From contig NIVC01000763.1 of the NCBI GenBank assembly GCA_002269645.1, positions 372,001 to 436,000 on the forward strand: a stretch of 64,000 nt of DNA, in the 5' to 3' direction. The notes below the pieces were generated by a model, which saw only the letters and a program-made list of their open reading frames with translations, was not told where the DNA came from and did no database searches. Source of the stretch: Macrostomum lignano (taxonomy: Eukaryota). The position numbers and the translations under genes were made by a program. Of the stretch, positions 26,353-38,070 are shown piece after piece; within the stretch, counting starts at the first letter, position 1; each line of letters begins with the position of its first letter.

Positions 26353-26676
26353 GGCGGGTTGTAGCCTAGTAGTCAGAGCGTCGGACTCACGACTTGAAGG
26401 TCGGGGGTTCGATTCTCAACTCAATCGGAAAAATTTGTGTACTTTAGCAACACATTTAACTTTGCATTGCTTCAGCTCACTCAGCTGTAAAATGGGCACT
26501 CAGCATTTGCTGGGGTAATTGAAGGGTGTGTGGCGACCCCCCAGTCCTTGGACTGAACAGCCGTACGCAGCCTTCAGATGAGTATCACTCATTTGCCGTG
26601 CAATAGCTGCGGCTGAGCTGTCGGTTGCACATCTGGCCCAACTGGGACAGGTGTAATCAATTATTATTATTATTAT
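26353..26676 (+). mobile_element. tRNA-derived SINE with central domain and (ATT)n tail
   Basis: A-box-like TAGCCTAGTAG, B-box GGTTCGATTCT (26406-26416), central CTCAGCTGTAAAATGGGCAC, (ATT)5 tail at 26660-26676. Confidence 0.7.
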
Positions 26677-26994
26677 CAAGCTGGCGCAACTTCGACTTGA
26701 CAGTAAAGCGGACAAGCAGCCATTCAGTCAAGCAGAAAGACCCCCCATCAACTCGGTTTTGCTTTTTTTTGCTTGGCGAACCAGGTGGACGCGAGGGACC
26801 TTGCAGACGCCGTCTTTTGGGCTGCCGTGCTCTTTTGCTTCTGGGCGCTTCTCAGGAAAGCAAATGTCTGAGGGCGCCACTCCGTTCTCGTTAGCGACGC
26901 TCAGGCCGATGGTCACTGGTCAGTGCTCGTCGCCACCGAGGCTGGGGGGGGACACAGGGACCCGCTGTGGCAATCAATAATTTTTCTTCCGGGC

Positions 26995-27265
26995 GCCAAA
27001 ATGAGTGCCTGTGGCGCCAAAATGAGTGCCTGCGGCGCCAAAATGAGTGCCTGTGGCGCTAGAATGAGTTCCTGCGGCGCCAAAATGAGTGCCTGTGGCG
27101 CTAGAATGAGTTCCTGCGGCGCCAAAATGAGTGCCTGTGGCGCTAGAATGAGTTCCTGCGGCGCCAAAATGAGTGCCTGCGGCGCCAAAATGAGTGCTTG
27201 TGGTGCCAAAATGAGTGTCTGCGGCGCTAAAATGAGTGCCTTTGGCGCTAAAATGAATGCCTGTG
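26995..27265. repeat. 21-bp minisatellite (GCGCCAAAATGAGTGCCTGTG)
   Basis: About 13 units. Confidence 0.92.
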
Positions 27266-27414
27266 GCATCTGTGTTGATGTGTTGAAATATATATTATTC
27301 TATCTGTATGAATATTGCTTTTTTATTAACGAATAAAACTACAATCTGTAAATTCGGCATGCTGTGCTGCTTATTTGTAGCTGAGCTAATTTTGGCTAAT
27401 TGTAAGTTTTGCGA

Positions 27415-27897
27415 CCTACTACCCTCCCTACCTGTTACCCTCCCTACCTGCTACCCTCCCTACCTGCTACCCTCCCTACCTGATACCCTCCCTACCTGCT
27501 ACCCTCCCTACCTGCTACCCTCCCTACCTGCTACCCTCCCTACCTGCTACCCTCCCTATCTGCTACCCTCCCTACCTGCTACCCTCCCTACCTGCTACCC
27601 TCCCTACCTGCTACCCTCCCTACCTGCTACCCTCCCTACCTGCTACCCTCCCTACCTGCTACCCTCCCTATCTGCTACCCTCCCTACCTGCTACCCTCCC
27701 TATCTGCTACCCTCCCTACCTGCTACCCTCCCTACCTGCTACCCTCCCTACCTGCTACCCTCCCTACCTGCTACCCTCCCTACCTGCTACCCTCCCTACC
27801 TGCTACCCTCCCTACCTGCTACCCTCCCTATCTGCTACCCTCCCTACCTGCTACCCTCCCTACCTGCTACCCTCCCTACCTGCTACCCTCCCTACTA
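27415..27897. repeat. 16-bp minisatellite (CTACCTGCTACCCTCC)
   Basis: About 30 units abutting the 3' end of the mariner remnant. Confidence 0.95.
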
Positions 27898-28640
27898 CTA
27901 TGCAGGGGCAAGTCCGGACTGTATGGGGGATGACGAACGAAATTTTGACTTTGTTTTCAGCCAGAAAGTTGGTTGCCATGGCAGCTGTGGCTGGATGCAT
28001 TGTCGTGGTGAATCCGAATACGATCCGTCCTAATCCGGACGAAATAAGCTCGCTCGCATCCCCATTTTGACCATTTTGACCGGGCATCATGACGACGGCT
28101 AGAAGAGCTGATGAATATGATGAACATCTTCTGGGACCGAAAACCTGGTTGGTAAGATAGTTAACCTCTCGTCTCCAAAACCGACCCAGGCCTTGTTTTG
28201 CAGCTTCAGGGGAACTTAAAAGTAGTAAGACCATTCGTCAGGAAGCCTTTGGTTGTCGGATTTGGCAATTAAAGTTGCGCAAGCACCCGCCCCTTCTTCT
28301 GCTTCTCCGTCAGGAGGTGAGACACCACCGGAGAAGTGATCTTACCCAACAGATTAGTCGTGAGGATAATGAGAACACTTCCATCAGAAATATCGATGGT
28401 CTCACTAATCATCAACCAGAGTCACCTTCGGTCGCAGCTGTACAGGACCGCCCAGAGCGAGGGTCGTCATTCAAGAGTGTACTTCCAGCGTTGAGAGCTT
28501 CAATCCATCTGACCCACACAAGGAAATGGCCCCCATTACTTTGACCTATAAGTCCGCATGAATCTTGGTTGCATTTTCTCCAAGTGTGAATGCATTGTAA
28601 GCTACCGTACGTTCGAGACAACCAAGATTTATGAGAGACC
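27898..28640 (-). pseudogene. Degenerate Tc1/mariner transposase
   Basis: Minus-strand frameshifted motifs in mariner order: TLGENATKIHADL (HTH), WVRW..LNDDPRSGR, ISETIDISDGSVLII, RIRIHHDNASSH, HPPYSPDL. No TIRs found. Confidence 0.8.
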
Positions 28641-28779
28641 ACGCGCGACGACTCATACATTTGAAATGTACGACATCAATGGATGTGATTAGTAACATCG
28701 AAAGCATTGCGCCTTTTACACCACTCCGTCTCCTAGTAGAATGCATATGGCCTTCTGCAGTCGGCTCGTCCAGCAGGTC

Positions 28780-29760
28780 CGTCCAGGTTTCCCGCGGATC
28801 AACCGTCGGACCGCCTTAAATGTCCACCTGCACCATCTTCCACGGAGCTGATTGGATGATGTTGTTCTGCAGCGGTGCTCCCCGGCGCTGATTCGGTACT
28901 TGCGATGCTGACATACCTCGCAGCTGTTCACCCAAAGCGGGACGTCATTATTTAGGCCGAGACAACAAGCTCTGTAGACAACTCTGCCAAGCGTCCTTTC
29001 GGGTCCGAGGTGTCAGCTTGCCGGATCGGCGTGCAGCAGCCGCAGAAGGTCCTGACGAAGCTGCAGGACATGACGTGTTGGCCGCTCCTTCTGATGACGC
29101 CGTCCTCACCTGGGTCCAGCTTTTCCGTCCTCACCCGGGTCCAGCTTTTCCGTCCTCACCCGGGCCCAGCTTTTCCGTCCTCACCCGGGTCCAGCTTTTC
29201 CGTCCTCACCCGGGCCCAGCTTTTCCGTCCTCACCCGGGTCCAGCTTTTCCGTCCTCACCCGGGCCCAGCTTTTCCGTCCTCACCCGGGTCCAGCTTTTC
29301 CGTCCTCACCCGGGTCCAGCTTTTCCGTCCTCATCCGGGTCCAGCTTTTCCGTCCTCACCCGGGTCCAGCTTTTCCGTCCTCATCCGGGTCCAGCTTTTC
29401 CGTCCTCACCCGGGTCCAGCTTTTCCGTCCTCATCCGGGTCCAGCTTTTCCGTCCTCACCCGGGTCCAGCTTTTCCGTCCTCACCAGGACGGCAGAGTTC
29501 TGAATTTGGCTGGCAGAGTCTAGTCTTGGTGATGAAGCACTTCCGGAACTACGAGCGTACTTAGCGAAGTTCTCGTCCTTACCGACCACAGGCCGTTGTT
29601 GCAAGGACTGCTCAACACCAAGAAGCGGAATTTAACCTCGGGGCTGGAGGGGTGCTGGAATGGACTGGATGGAACTGCACTTCTCAGTACCCTCCCTACC
29701 CCCACGAAGAAATTGAAATTGCCACGACACACTCCGCGAGGTTTTTTTGGTGCAGAATTT
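28780..29760 (-). mobile_element. Gypsy pol remnant (integrase HHCC region and upstream linker) interrupted by a 25-bp minisatellite
   Basis: LRQDLLRLLHAD..HLGPERTL..WVNSCEVCQHRK..APLQ..APWKMVQVDI; upstream piece ending in LVVPE. Confidence 0.7.
29100..29485. repeat. 25-bp minisatellite (CCGGGTCCAGCTTTTCCGTCCTCAC)
   Basis: About 15 units inside the Gypsy remnant. Confidence 0.95.
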
Positions 29761-30151
29761 GTTAAATAACAATCTGGCTGCAGCTTCAGACAATGACCTG
29801 CCATACTATGCCTATAGTCTCATACTGTCTTCTTTTTCTTCTTTATTTCTATTTTTATTTCTGCAGGCGGTTCGGGGTAGAGAGGTGCAAACACTTATTT
29901 GTCTCGACTTTATTTAGCTAGCTACAAAACATTTAGCATTATTTAATCCATCGATCGTTTTTTGTCGAACTTGTCGTCTGGCTCGCCGACTGCAGATGTT
30001 CTTTAGCATTAGTCTTTTCAGCGCAAAGACTGCGTAAGGAGAGGGCTCGCTGCATTAAGAGAAGTCCTAAAAAGTGAGGGTTCCTGTCTGTCTGATCACT
30101 AATTTTCCAAGCTAAGCTCTTTACTTTGGGAGAACTTAACAAAAGGTCAGA

Positions 30152-30300
30152 GGGTGCTGGCGCCTCCCATGGGATGGAGTGCGCTGGCGCCTCCCATGGG
30201 ATGGAGTGCACTGGCGCCTCCCATGGGATGGAGGGAGCTGGCGCCTCCCATGGGATGGAGGGAGCTGGCGCCTCCCATGGGATGGAGGGCGCTGGCGCCA
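30152..30300. repeat. 27-bp minisatellite (GCGCTGGCGCCTCCCATGGGATGGAGT)
   Basis: About 5.5 units. Confidence 0.9.
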
Positions 30301-30676
30301 GCTCACTGCGCCCTGACTCAATTACAGCACATCTGCACCGGGTTTCTGTGAGCACACGAGAGTTCGAATGCTATTGAGTTCGAGTGTGGCGCCATTTTGT
30401 AAAAGAGCAAAACCGTTTATAGTTTATATCCGGGTTGGGAGTTTACTATACTGTTTTTTCTAATTTTTGAAGTTGACCATAGAATCCTGATTTTATAAGC
30501 ACAAAGCTGTACGAATATCAAATAGAGCTATAAGAAAAGCAAGAAATATCGAAAGATGAACTCTCATTGGGTCTGCCTCCTGTCAAAAGCAATAACAATT
30601 TTATTCTGCTGAAAAAATACAAACCTCCTACCTCTAAGAATTTTCCAATAAGTATTTTCCTTTCCTTTGGTTATAG

Positions 30677-33600
30677 CTGAATTGCAATATGGATTTCTGG
30701 ATTCTAGCAGCCGACTGCACCAGCTGGTAAGCACAGTTATTTAATATTGAAATATTTAATAAGATCCCCACTGAATTGTATACCGAAAACATCCTTCAAG
30801 TGGAGCTGGTAGAAATGTCGTTTGCGATGGCACCGCATCAGCTTGTGGCTGAGAAGTGGCTGCAGGACAACCGCAACGCCGTGGTGTCAGCCGCCATCGG
30901 CTGCACTCACCAGGCGCTGCTGGTTCAACAAGCCAAGCAGGAGGTCCTGCTGGAGGAGGTCCAAGTGCTCGAGAGGAGAAGGCTGGACGAGTCCAACAAG
31001 TCCGCTGCAGCGTCCGTCACCAAGCTGAAGGCAATGGAAAGTCAGATTGGCGTGAACCAGGAGGCGCTGACTTACCTTCAGCAGATGACGTCGCTTGAGA
31101 CGGCCTTCGTGTCCACGGGTCAGATAGTGATGAAGAAGGCACTGCAGATGTCCAAAGTGACCGACTGAGTCGTCCTGGAAGCCAAGAAGGTGAGCAGATC
31201 CAAGTCATTTTGCTTTTTGCCGTTGCAATCAAATGAAACAACAGTAGTTGGATGCATTTCCTGCAAAGGTGACATCCCTCACGCTAGCTAATTTAATATT
31301 TCTCATTTCCAGGAGCTGTCGGCCGAGGTCCACGGCACCTGGAGCTGGGTGAGCCAGCTGGCCGGCCTGAACCGGCGGACTACCAGGCCTTCCACCACAG
31401 CGCCTACGAGCTCAACGCCATGCTGAACAGCCGCGGGCCAGCAGCAGCGGCGCCGCCATTGCCGCCATTCCCGCCAACGGGATTCTGGGCTCCATCAAAA
31501 GCATCAACACTGTGCTCACTGTGAGTGACATTTCAGCGAACTTTGTTTGTTTCTATTAAAATTATTCTACACCAACTTGACACTGAAAGCCTCCTCAAAC
31601 CTCATGCGTACAACTCCAGATTGATGAGTCAAGCCGCACAACCCCCTCCCCACTTCATACCTGCCAACCCCTATAACCAACAGCCCATCTAATCTATCCA
31701 ACAGTCCACCCAATCACCCAACAGCCCACCAATCTACCCAACAGTCCACCCAATCTACCCAAAAGCCCACCCAATCTACCTAACAGCCCACCCAATCTAC
31801 CCAAAAGCCCACCCAATCTACCTAACAGCCCACCCAATCTACCCAAAAGCCCACCCAATCTACCCAAAAGCCCACCCAATCTACCCAAAAGCCCACCAAT
31901 CTACCTAACAGCCCACCAATCTACCCAACAGTCCACCCAATCTACCCAAAACCCCACCCAATCTACCTAACAGCCCACCCAATCAACTCAACAGCCTACC
32001 CCTACCCCAACAAGCCCACCTAATCTACCCAGCAGCCCCCGACCTTAGTCTACCTAATCCAACACAGACTTCTATCCAATAAGTACATTTAACAGCCCAC
32101 TGATCACTTTACAAAATTCATCCCATCACCCAACTCATTTGTCCAATAGCCCCCCACATCTACCCTCCCCCGATCCCATCTATCCGTTCCCCACATCATC
32201 AAACAAGCCCACTATCCACCCCATCTATGCAATTGCAACCACTCTTCTAATCCGTCTAGCCGCCTACCAAACCTGAAAACTCACTTATTCACCCAACCAC
32301 CTACTTCACTTATCTAACCAACCGTTTATTTTACCCCCAATCTTATCAAAATGCATTAGCAATCAATTAGCTCGAACAAGCAAGAACAAACACACCAGAA
32401 ATTATTTCAATAATTAGCTCCTAATTATTATTCCCGCATTGTTGCCAGTCGTCTCAAGTCTTCCACAATCCCCCCCACAGACGGTCCTGGAGCCGGGAGA
32501 GCAGGTGACTGTCATCGACAACTCTCAGTCCTACTCGTGGACGGTGAGGCGCTCGGGCGGAAGCGAGGTCGAAGTGCCCAGCACCTGCATCTGGCTGCCG
32601 CCGGCCGATCCGGAGGCAGTGCAGCTCGCCATCGGGTTTGTGGAAATCTTATTACTAGTAGAAAAAGGCTTCTTTATTGCTCACTCGTTGACTTGAGGGC
32701 ATTAAAGCTTAAGAGTGCTTTGATAATTAGAAAACAGGTATTGCACTTTGACAAACAGTAACTGTGTATGAAAGAACTGAGAAGCAAACTCGTTACGGTT
32801 TTCAGGCTGAGACGAAAGCTGTTGAACACCTGGTCACAGATTCTGAACAGTCTGCGTCAGTGGATTGCCGAGTTCTTTGACTCCTACTTGACCCAGATGC
32901 TCAAGAGCCCAGTGGTGAGTGCTTTTTGAAAATTTAGTCGATAATTTTCTGATCATATCATCTTATACATCTAAAAACACACAGTAGCCAATTAGCCAAG
33001 CTTTAACGTCTAGTTAAATTTATTTATATACAGGCATGAATTTTAATACAAAAGTAAGAAAGCAAAGAAATAGCAGCTTTTTCATACTTTCCAAATTTTT
33101 CATTACCTTTCTCAGGGAGTAGCCAGAAAAACCAAAGACGTTGCGGCTGAATTTCTTCATTCGCTGCGTCAGTCAAGCCAAACATTCCTGGGCGTTGACG
33201 ATCAGCTGACAGATCGCCTTGTCAAATCCGTCGAAAAAGTGCTTGAAAAGATGACAATCTGCGGTGAGAATTCACAAATTCCACTCTAAAAGATTCCACG
33301 CTTTTATAAGCTAACTAATGCGATACAAGTTTTAGTGCAGAAATGCACGTGTAAAAGCAGAACTTGAGTTCTTGGATTCTTTTTTTAAATATTCAATGAA
33401 CGATCTTATATATTTCAGAAGGCCCAAAGGCATCACTGGCGGAGAGAGAACTAGTCATTCTACAGGCCTGTCTAGCCAAGCTGCAGGAGCACCTGAGCGA
33501 ATGGCGTCATTGCTCAAATGAAGCTACAGAAGCTGAGACCGAACTGCAAGGCCGCTTTACGGACCGCTTTATCGAAGGAGTCTTCCGAAGTTCTGGTGCG

Positions 33601-35542
33601 CATCGAACTGCTTTCGTAAGTCGGACGGAACATTTCGATTTGCTGGAATTTGTCTTGTTAGGCGTGCGTTCTGACCCCTCCCACCTCTGAGGCCACTTGT
33701 GGTCGGCGCGAGTTGTACCTTGTTGTTGTTGTTGCTAGACTTTTGTACTCGCAAATCATTATACGAGCTACTAGTCGAACAAGAAAAGTTTTTAGAAAAA
33801 TTTCTTCATTTTACAAGCAGACAGCTGCAAGAAGAGTCCCAGTCTAAGTTCGAGGAGCTACAGCGTTCGATGCAGAACTGGAGACTGCAAGACGTCAAGT
33901 CCAACTTCAAGGCCAACCAAGTGCGTCTTAAAGTTTGCTTTAGTTGCTATATAGCAGCAGTTATTATTGAACAGTAACAAAACTCATCATGAAAATTTTC
34001 CTACTCCTGTAAAATCACAGAAAGCACCGCAACTGCTGTTCTACGACAAATATTCTCTGTCAATCATGCACAGCGTCACAGGAGGACCGGCCGTGTCAAC
34101 GCGAACTCAATATGTTCCAGAAACCACTCAGACGGAGGAACAGTACAGCATCAATACCCATGGCCGACAGTTTCATACTTCCGTAAGCGATTCAAAAACG
34201 ACGGTAAGGTACAGCTTCACCAGCTCCAGCCAAATGGCCACAGAGAAGCAGCAGATCGACGACACATTCTCTCCGGAATTCCAAGCAGCAGTGCTAAAGT
34301 ACTCTGAAGCACACAAGTTGGAGTTTTCTGCTCTCGTTTCGTCATGGAGTGGGTTCAACGACCAAGTTCATCGCTACGTAGAGGCCAAAACTTCTAAATT
34401 TTCAGACTCCTTTACCTCATGGGACGGATTCGACGAACAAGTCCGCCGTTACGTAGAGCAGTACACTTCGAGATTCTGTGTCATATTTACCTCATGGAGT
34501 GGGTTCGATTCTCAAGTTCGGCAAGTGTAGTCAAGTGTACTAAGACATGAAGGCGAATTCGCTACACTAATTCTTGGAGTGAACTCTAGTCTCTAAGCAA
34601 AAGAATGAAGAAAAGTTCACCGCTCAACTCACCGTCAAGACAACGACGCCGGACACCTCATCGTCGGAATTCCGCGCATTAGTGCTGGAGTACAAGTCTT
34701 CAGTACAAGGTTTCAAATCTGAAGTACGGCGCTACCTGAAAGAGAGAACATCAGAATTCGCTGACATTTTTGTGTCGTGGAGCGGTTTTTGAAGCTCAAG
34801 TTCGGCAGTATGTTCGGACTCACGAATAGAAGGTTACCGAGTTGAAACAGCCTGATTCTTCGTCGAAGGAGTTTCGCTCTATAATTCTTAAGTACGTTCG
34901 AGAGCACTTCTCAGAATTGTGTCTGATCTTTACGTCTTGGAGCGTTTTTAGGCCGGTATGCTCTCCAGCACGATACAGAATTTATTGCTTTGCTTGGCTG
35001 CATTGGCAAAAAAGGTAACCAAACTTCGCAAGTTATTTTACGCTCGTATCGATTGGCTGTTGTAACGATATCGCACTGATTTATGAAACGGAACCAAAAA
35101 GCGATTTCGATGAAGGAATTACGAAGCTTGAATTCTTGTTTACGATCCATCCAAGCAAACCGTCTGTTGGAATGAATCAGTTCCAAAATCCAAAATGATG
35201 TTAGAATCAAATAAAGCTGACGAAGGACTTGAAAGAAATTTGTCTGACTTGAGCACAGATATCTCGTTCATTCATCGACAATTCTCTGCATCATCTGGCG
35301 ACGTCAGAACAACCGAAACAAGAGAGTACACGTCATTCGGATCTCGAAGAGAGTCGGTTTTTGTCGGTGTACAGGGCATTGTATCGGGAGCTGGGTCACG
35401 CACCGTTAACATCGGCGGATCGGACGGAGAGATGCTAGACTTGTCCAGCTCGAAAACTACCCGATATTCAGCCTTCGAGAGAGAGTCGTATAAAACATCG
35501 GATACAGTGAAAACGACCGAAAGCAGCGAGCAAATTTCGTAA
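30677..35542 (+). pseudogene. Plakin-family-like gene (spectrin repeats + SH3 of the plakin domain) with a novel C-terminal region; carries a nonsense codon and frameshifts
   Basis: Exons about 30801-31189, 31313-31520, 32481-32635, 32806-32914, 33116-33263, 33419-33615, 33821-33920 and 34074-35542. TWSWVSQL and GEQVTVIDNSQSYSWTVRRSGGSEVEVPSTCIWLPPADPEAV resemble the desmoplakin/plectin SR4-SH3 region. In-frame TGA at 31166-31168 and several indels: either a pseudogene or assembly error. 5' end uncertain. Confidence 0.7.
31670..32040. repeat. 21-bp minisatellite (AACAGCCCACCCAATCTACCC) in a plakin intron
   Basis: About 16 units, degenerating 3'. Confidence 0.9.
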
Positions 35543-35707
35543 ACCTGTCGGACTAAAATTGTCTTGTTTAATTATTAACGCTCAGACATTTTTATTTTTG
35601 TTTTTAGTTTTGTTTTCGAGACTACCGTTTTTTCTGCAGCAGAATAACCCGTAACAACTTCTGTTTTAGGCCTAGATTATCTGCTCACGAGCGTAATTAT
35701 TTATGTA

Positions 35708-35785
35708 ATAGATATATCATGGTTTTTAGGTCGGTATGTGTTTAAATCCCGAGAAATACCGACCATAAAAACCACGATAAATCTA
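35708..35785. other. 30-bp inverted repeat (hairpin) upstream of the Crypton ORF; probable element terminus
   Basis: 35708-35737 vs 35756-35785, 26/30 complementary, 18-nt loop. Confidence 0.65.
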
Positions 35786-36000
35786 TCCTATACTACTTTC
35801 ATTTCCGGGATTTATTGGAAAAAATCCCTGAAATGTTTTATTCCTTCCTTCCTTGCTTCCTTCGCTAATTTTGTCTATGGCTGCGAGTCTACGTAATACC
35901 AGCCTGTATAAGACTAGCAGCACAGAGGTCTGATCCGGGCAATTATTTATTCTTTCTAACAGCTCTCGCCCGACTCGCCCGACTTCTGAGCAGTGTTTAG

Positions 36001-36951
36001 ATGGAGCCAGATTCTGTCATTTTAAACCCACTGGTGGACTATAGCGCCGACTTCGTTGGAGACTACGATCCTAATCGCCTTTCGGCAGTAGATTTGGAAG
36101 AAATACTACGTGAAGGGTTGGATTGCCGGGACCCGTATGCTCTCCAGCAACTTCGAGAAGTCCGTGGCAATTCTGAGGCAGCATTGGATAAAATTCGCAA
36201 TCTCAATCGGAGCACGAAGGCTCAAAACACTCTACTCATAAAACGCAACAAGTGGGCCGTTAAAGCGTTCAACCGATGGCTTCAAGAGTCTGGCATCGAA
36301 TGCACTGTGTCTCTGCAAGACATGAACGACTCCGATCTCAATTGTCTGCTGCCAAGGTTCATACACAAAGTCACTCGTACGGACGGCTCAAAATATCCTG
36401 CCGGTACACTCGTATCGTTGATCGGTGGATTGCAGCAGACTGTCTCGGACGTGCGACACGTCGACTTCTTTCGAGGAAATGAGTTCCGGCTCATCACAGA
36501 GAGTCTAGACGCTGCGATGAAGATCGCTACGCGAGAGGGAAGAGGATTGCAAACAAAATCCGCTGGTGTGATCAGTACGACTGATGAGGAGAAGCTGTGG
36601 GATACCGTGCTCGGTGATGACACACAGAAGAAGTTGCTGAGAACTCTCTTTTATTTAAATAGGCTCCATTTTGCCCTTCGATGTGGTGAAGAACACGCTG
36701 GTCTTACTACTGATCAGTTGTCAGTTGAGATTCGAAGCGGCAAGAAGTGCCTGGTGTACAGAGAAGTACATTCCAAGACCAACAATGGAGGCCTCGCAAT
36801 TCGAGTGAAGCCGAAGGAAGTAGTGCACTTCGAATCCACTGATCCTGGCAGGTGCCATGTCCGGCTATTTGAGGACTATATGACCAAGCGTCCGGGCTGG
36901 ATGCCCACAGAGGAGATCTTGAACCGCAAGAAGGAGATGACGTCGCAATAG
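36001..36951 (+). mobile_element. Crypton-type (DUF3504/CryptonA-like) tyrosine recombinase ORF, 3'-truncated at about 36893
   Basis: KWAVKAFNRW, LPRFIHKVTRTDGSKYPAGTL, ISTTDEEKLW, FALRCGEEH, SKTNNGG, RCHVRLFEDYMTKRP. The last about 19 codons read through an antisense Gypsy fragment; the C-terminal H-x-x-R and Y are absent. Confidence 0.85.
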
Positions 36952-38070
36952 TCTATACATTTAGCTTCATTGATTGTCACCCGTTTCTCTCGCAATCGCG
37001 TTTTGACTGCAGCCAGTCGCTTTTCCAATGCAGCAGCATTCTCGGCGAAGACGAGGATGTCATCCTGATAGATTAGAAGACTCTCGATGTCGGATAGAAT
37101 GTTCTCCATAGTGCGCTGAAATATAAATTAGGCATTCTTCATGCCTATTTGAAGCCTTTTGACCTTCATGTATAAACCACGTGAAGTACGAGCGTATTAA
37201 TCGTTGAGAGTTCTTGAGCAGCTTCATCAAGCTCTATCTGCCAATAGGCTGAGCAAAGGTCGATGGTAGCGAACTTCTTTGCGTTCTTCAGCTTGGAGAA
37301 CATTAATTCGGTCTTAGGAATTGGGTAGGAGTCACTCTTGATTTTTGCATTGACGTGCAGCAAATGGCCCTGTCGAGACGAGTTCTCGACAGGGCCATTA
37401 ATCGGCTCAATGACACCGAGTTGGTGCAGTCTTTCCATTTCTGCATGGACCTGAGAACACGGCCAATGGGGCCAAGTCTGTCCAGGCTCGAAGTCTACAA
37501 AAATGATCTACAGAATCTGCCAGAAAATATACTCGAAACACTGTTTATACAATACTTTGCAAAACCAGCAGCGGCCGCTGCGTCTACACAGCAGCATCCC
37601 GATGGTGCCAAGTGGCTCTTCAGTCCCTCCTTCAGGAACCTGTTGAGACGCTCAACGCTGGAATTCCCCTGGGGATACATGTAATAGGCTGGCGACCTGC
37701 GGTGCTCGATGCCTTGGCTGATGAGGAACTCCTCGAACTAGCCCGACGTGAACTGAGGCCCACCGTCCGTATTGATGACCTTCGGAAGTCCCCATCACAT
37801 GGCGAAGAGCGATTTAAGGACGCTGATAACTTGCGATGACGTCACAGATGGCAGACAAGTGAACTCTGGCTACTTGGAGTGCAAATCGAGAACTGCCGTG
37901 ACAAACCGACAGGTTTGCGTCGCCGGAGCCGTCAACTCTCCGATGATGTCGATTTGCACCTCACTCCACGGCAGCACTCTTGTCAATTTTTTTATGTTTT
38001 CTCTCTCGTTCTTCCGTCTCTCTCTTTGACGATGTCTCCGATCGTCTATGCTTCTAATCAATTAAATAAG
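36893..38070 (-). mobile_element. Deleted Gypsy pol fragments (integrase core, then RT)
   Basis: PWSEVQIDIIGEL, YPQGNSSVERLNRFLK (IN); EMERLHQLGVIEPI, IDLCSAYWQIEL, IYQDDILVF (RT). Confidence 0.8.

Noticed and set aside
26921-27300. hAT MITE starting CAGTGCTCG and containing the 21-bp array
   Set aside because: No matching right TIR or TSD was found.
214-35542. RPS10 domain + plakin domain as a plectin isoform-1-like fusion
   Set aside because: RPS10 has its own stop at 540, and several complete genes separate it from the plakin exons.
37712-37745. Hammerhead-like CTGATGAGG..CCTCGAA
   Set aside because: GAAA is not placed after stem II and there is no stem III or NUH; it lies inside an antisense Gypsy integrase fragment.
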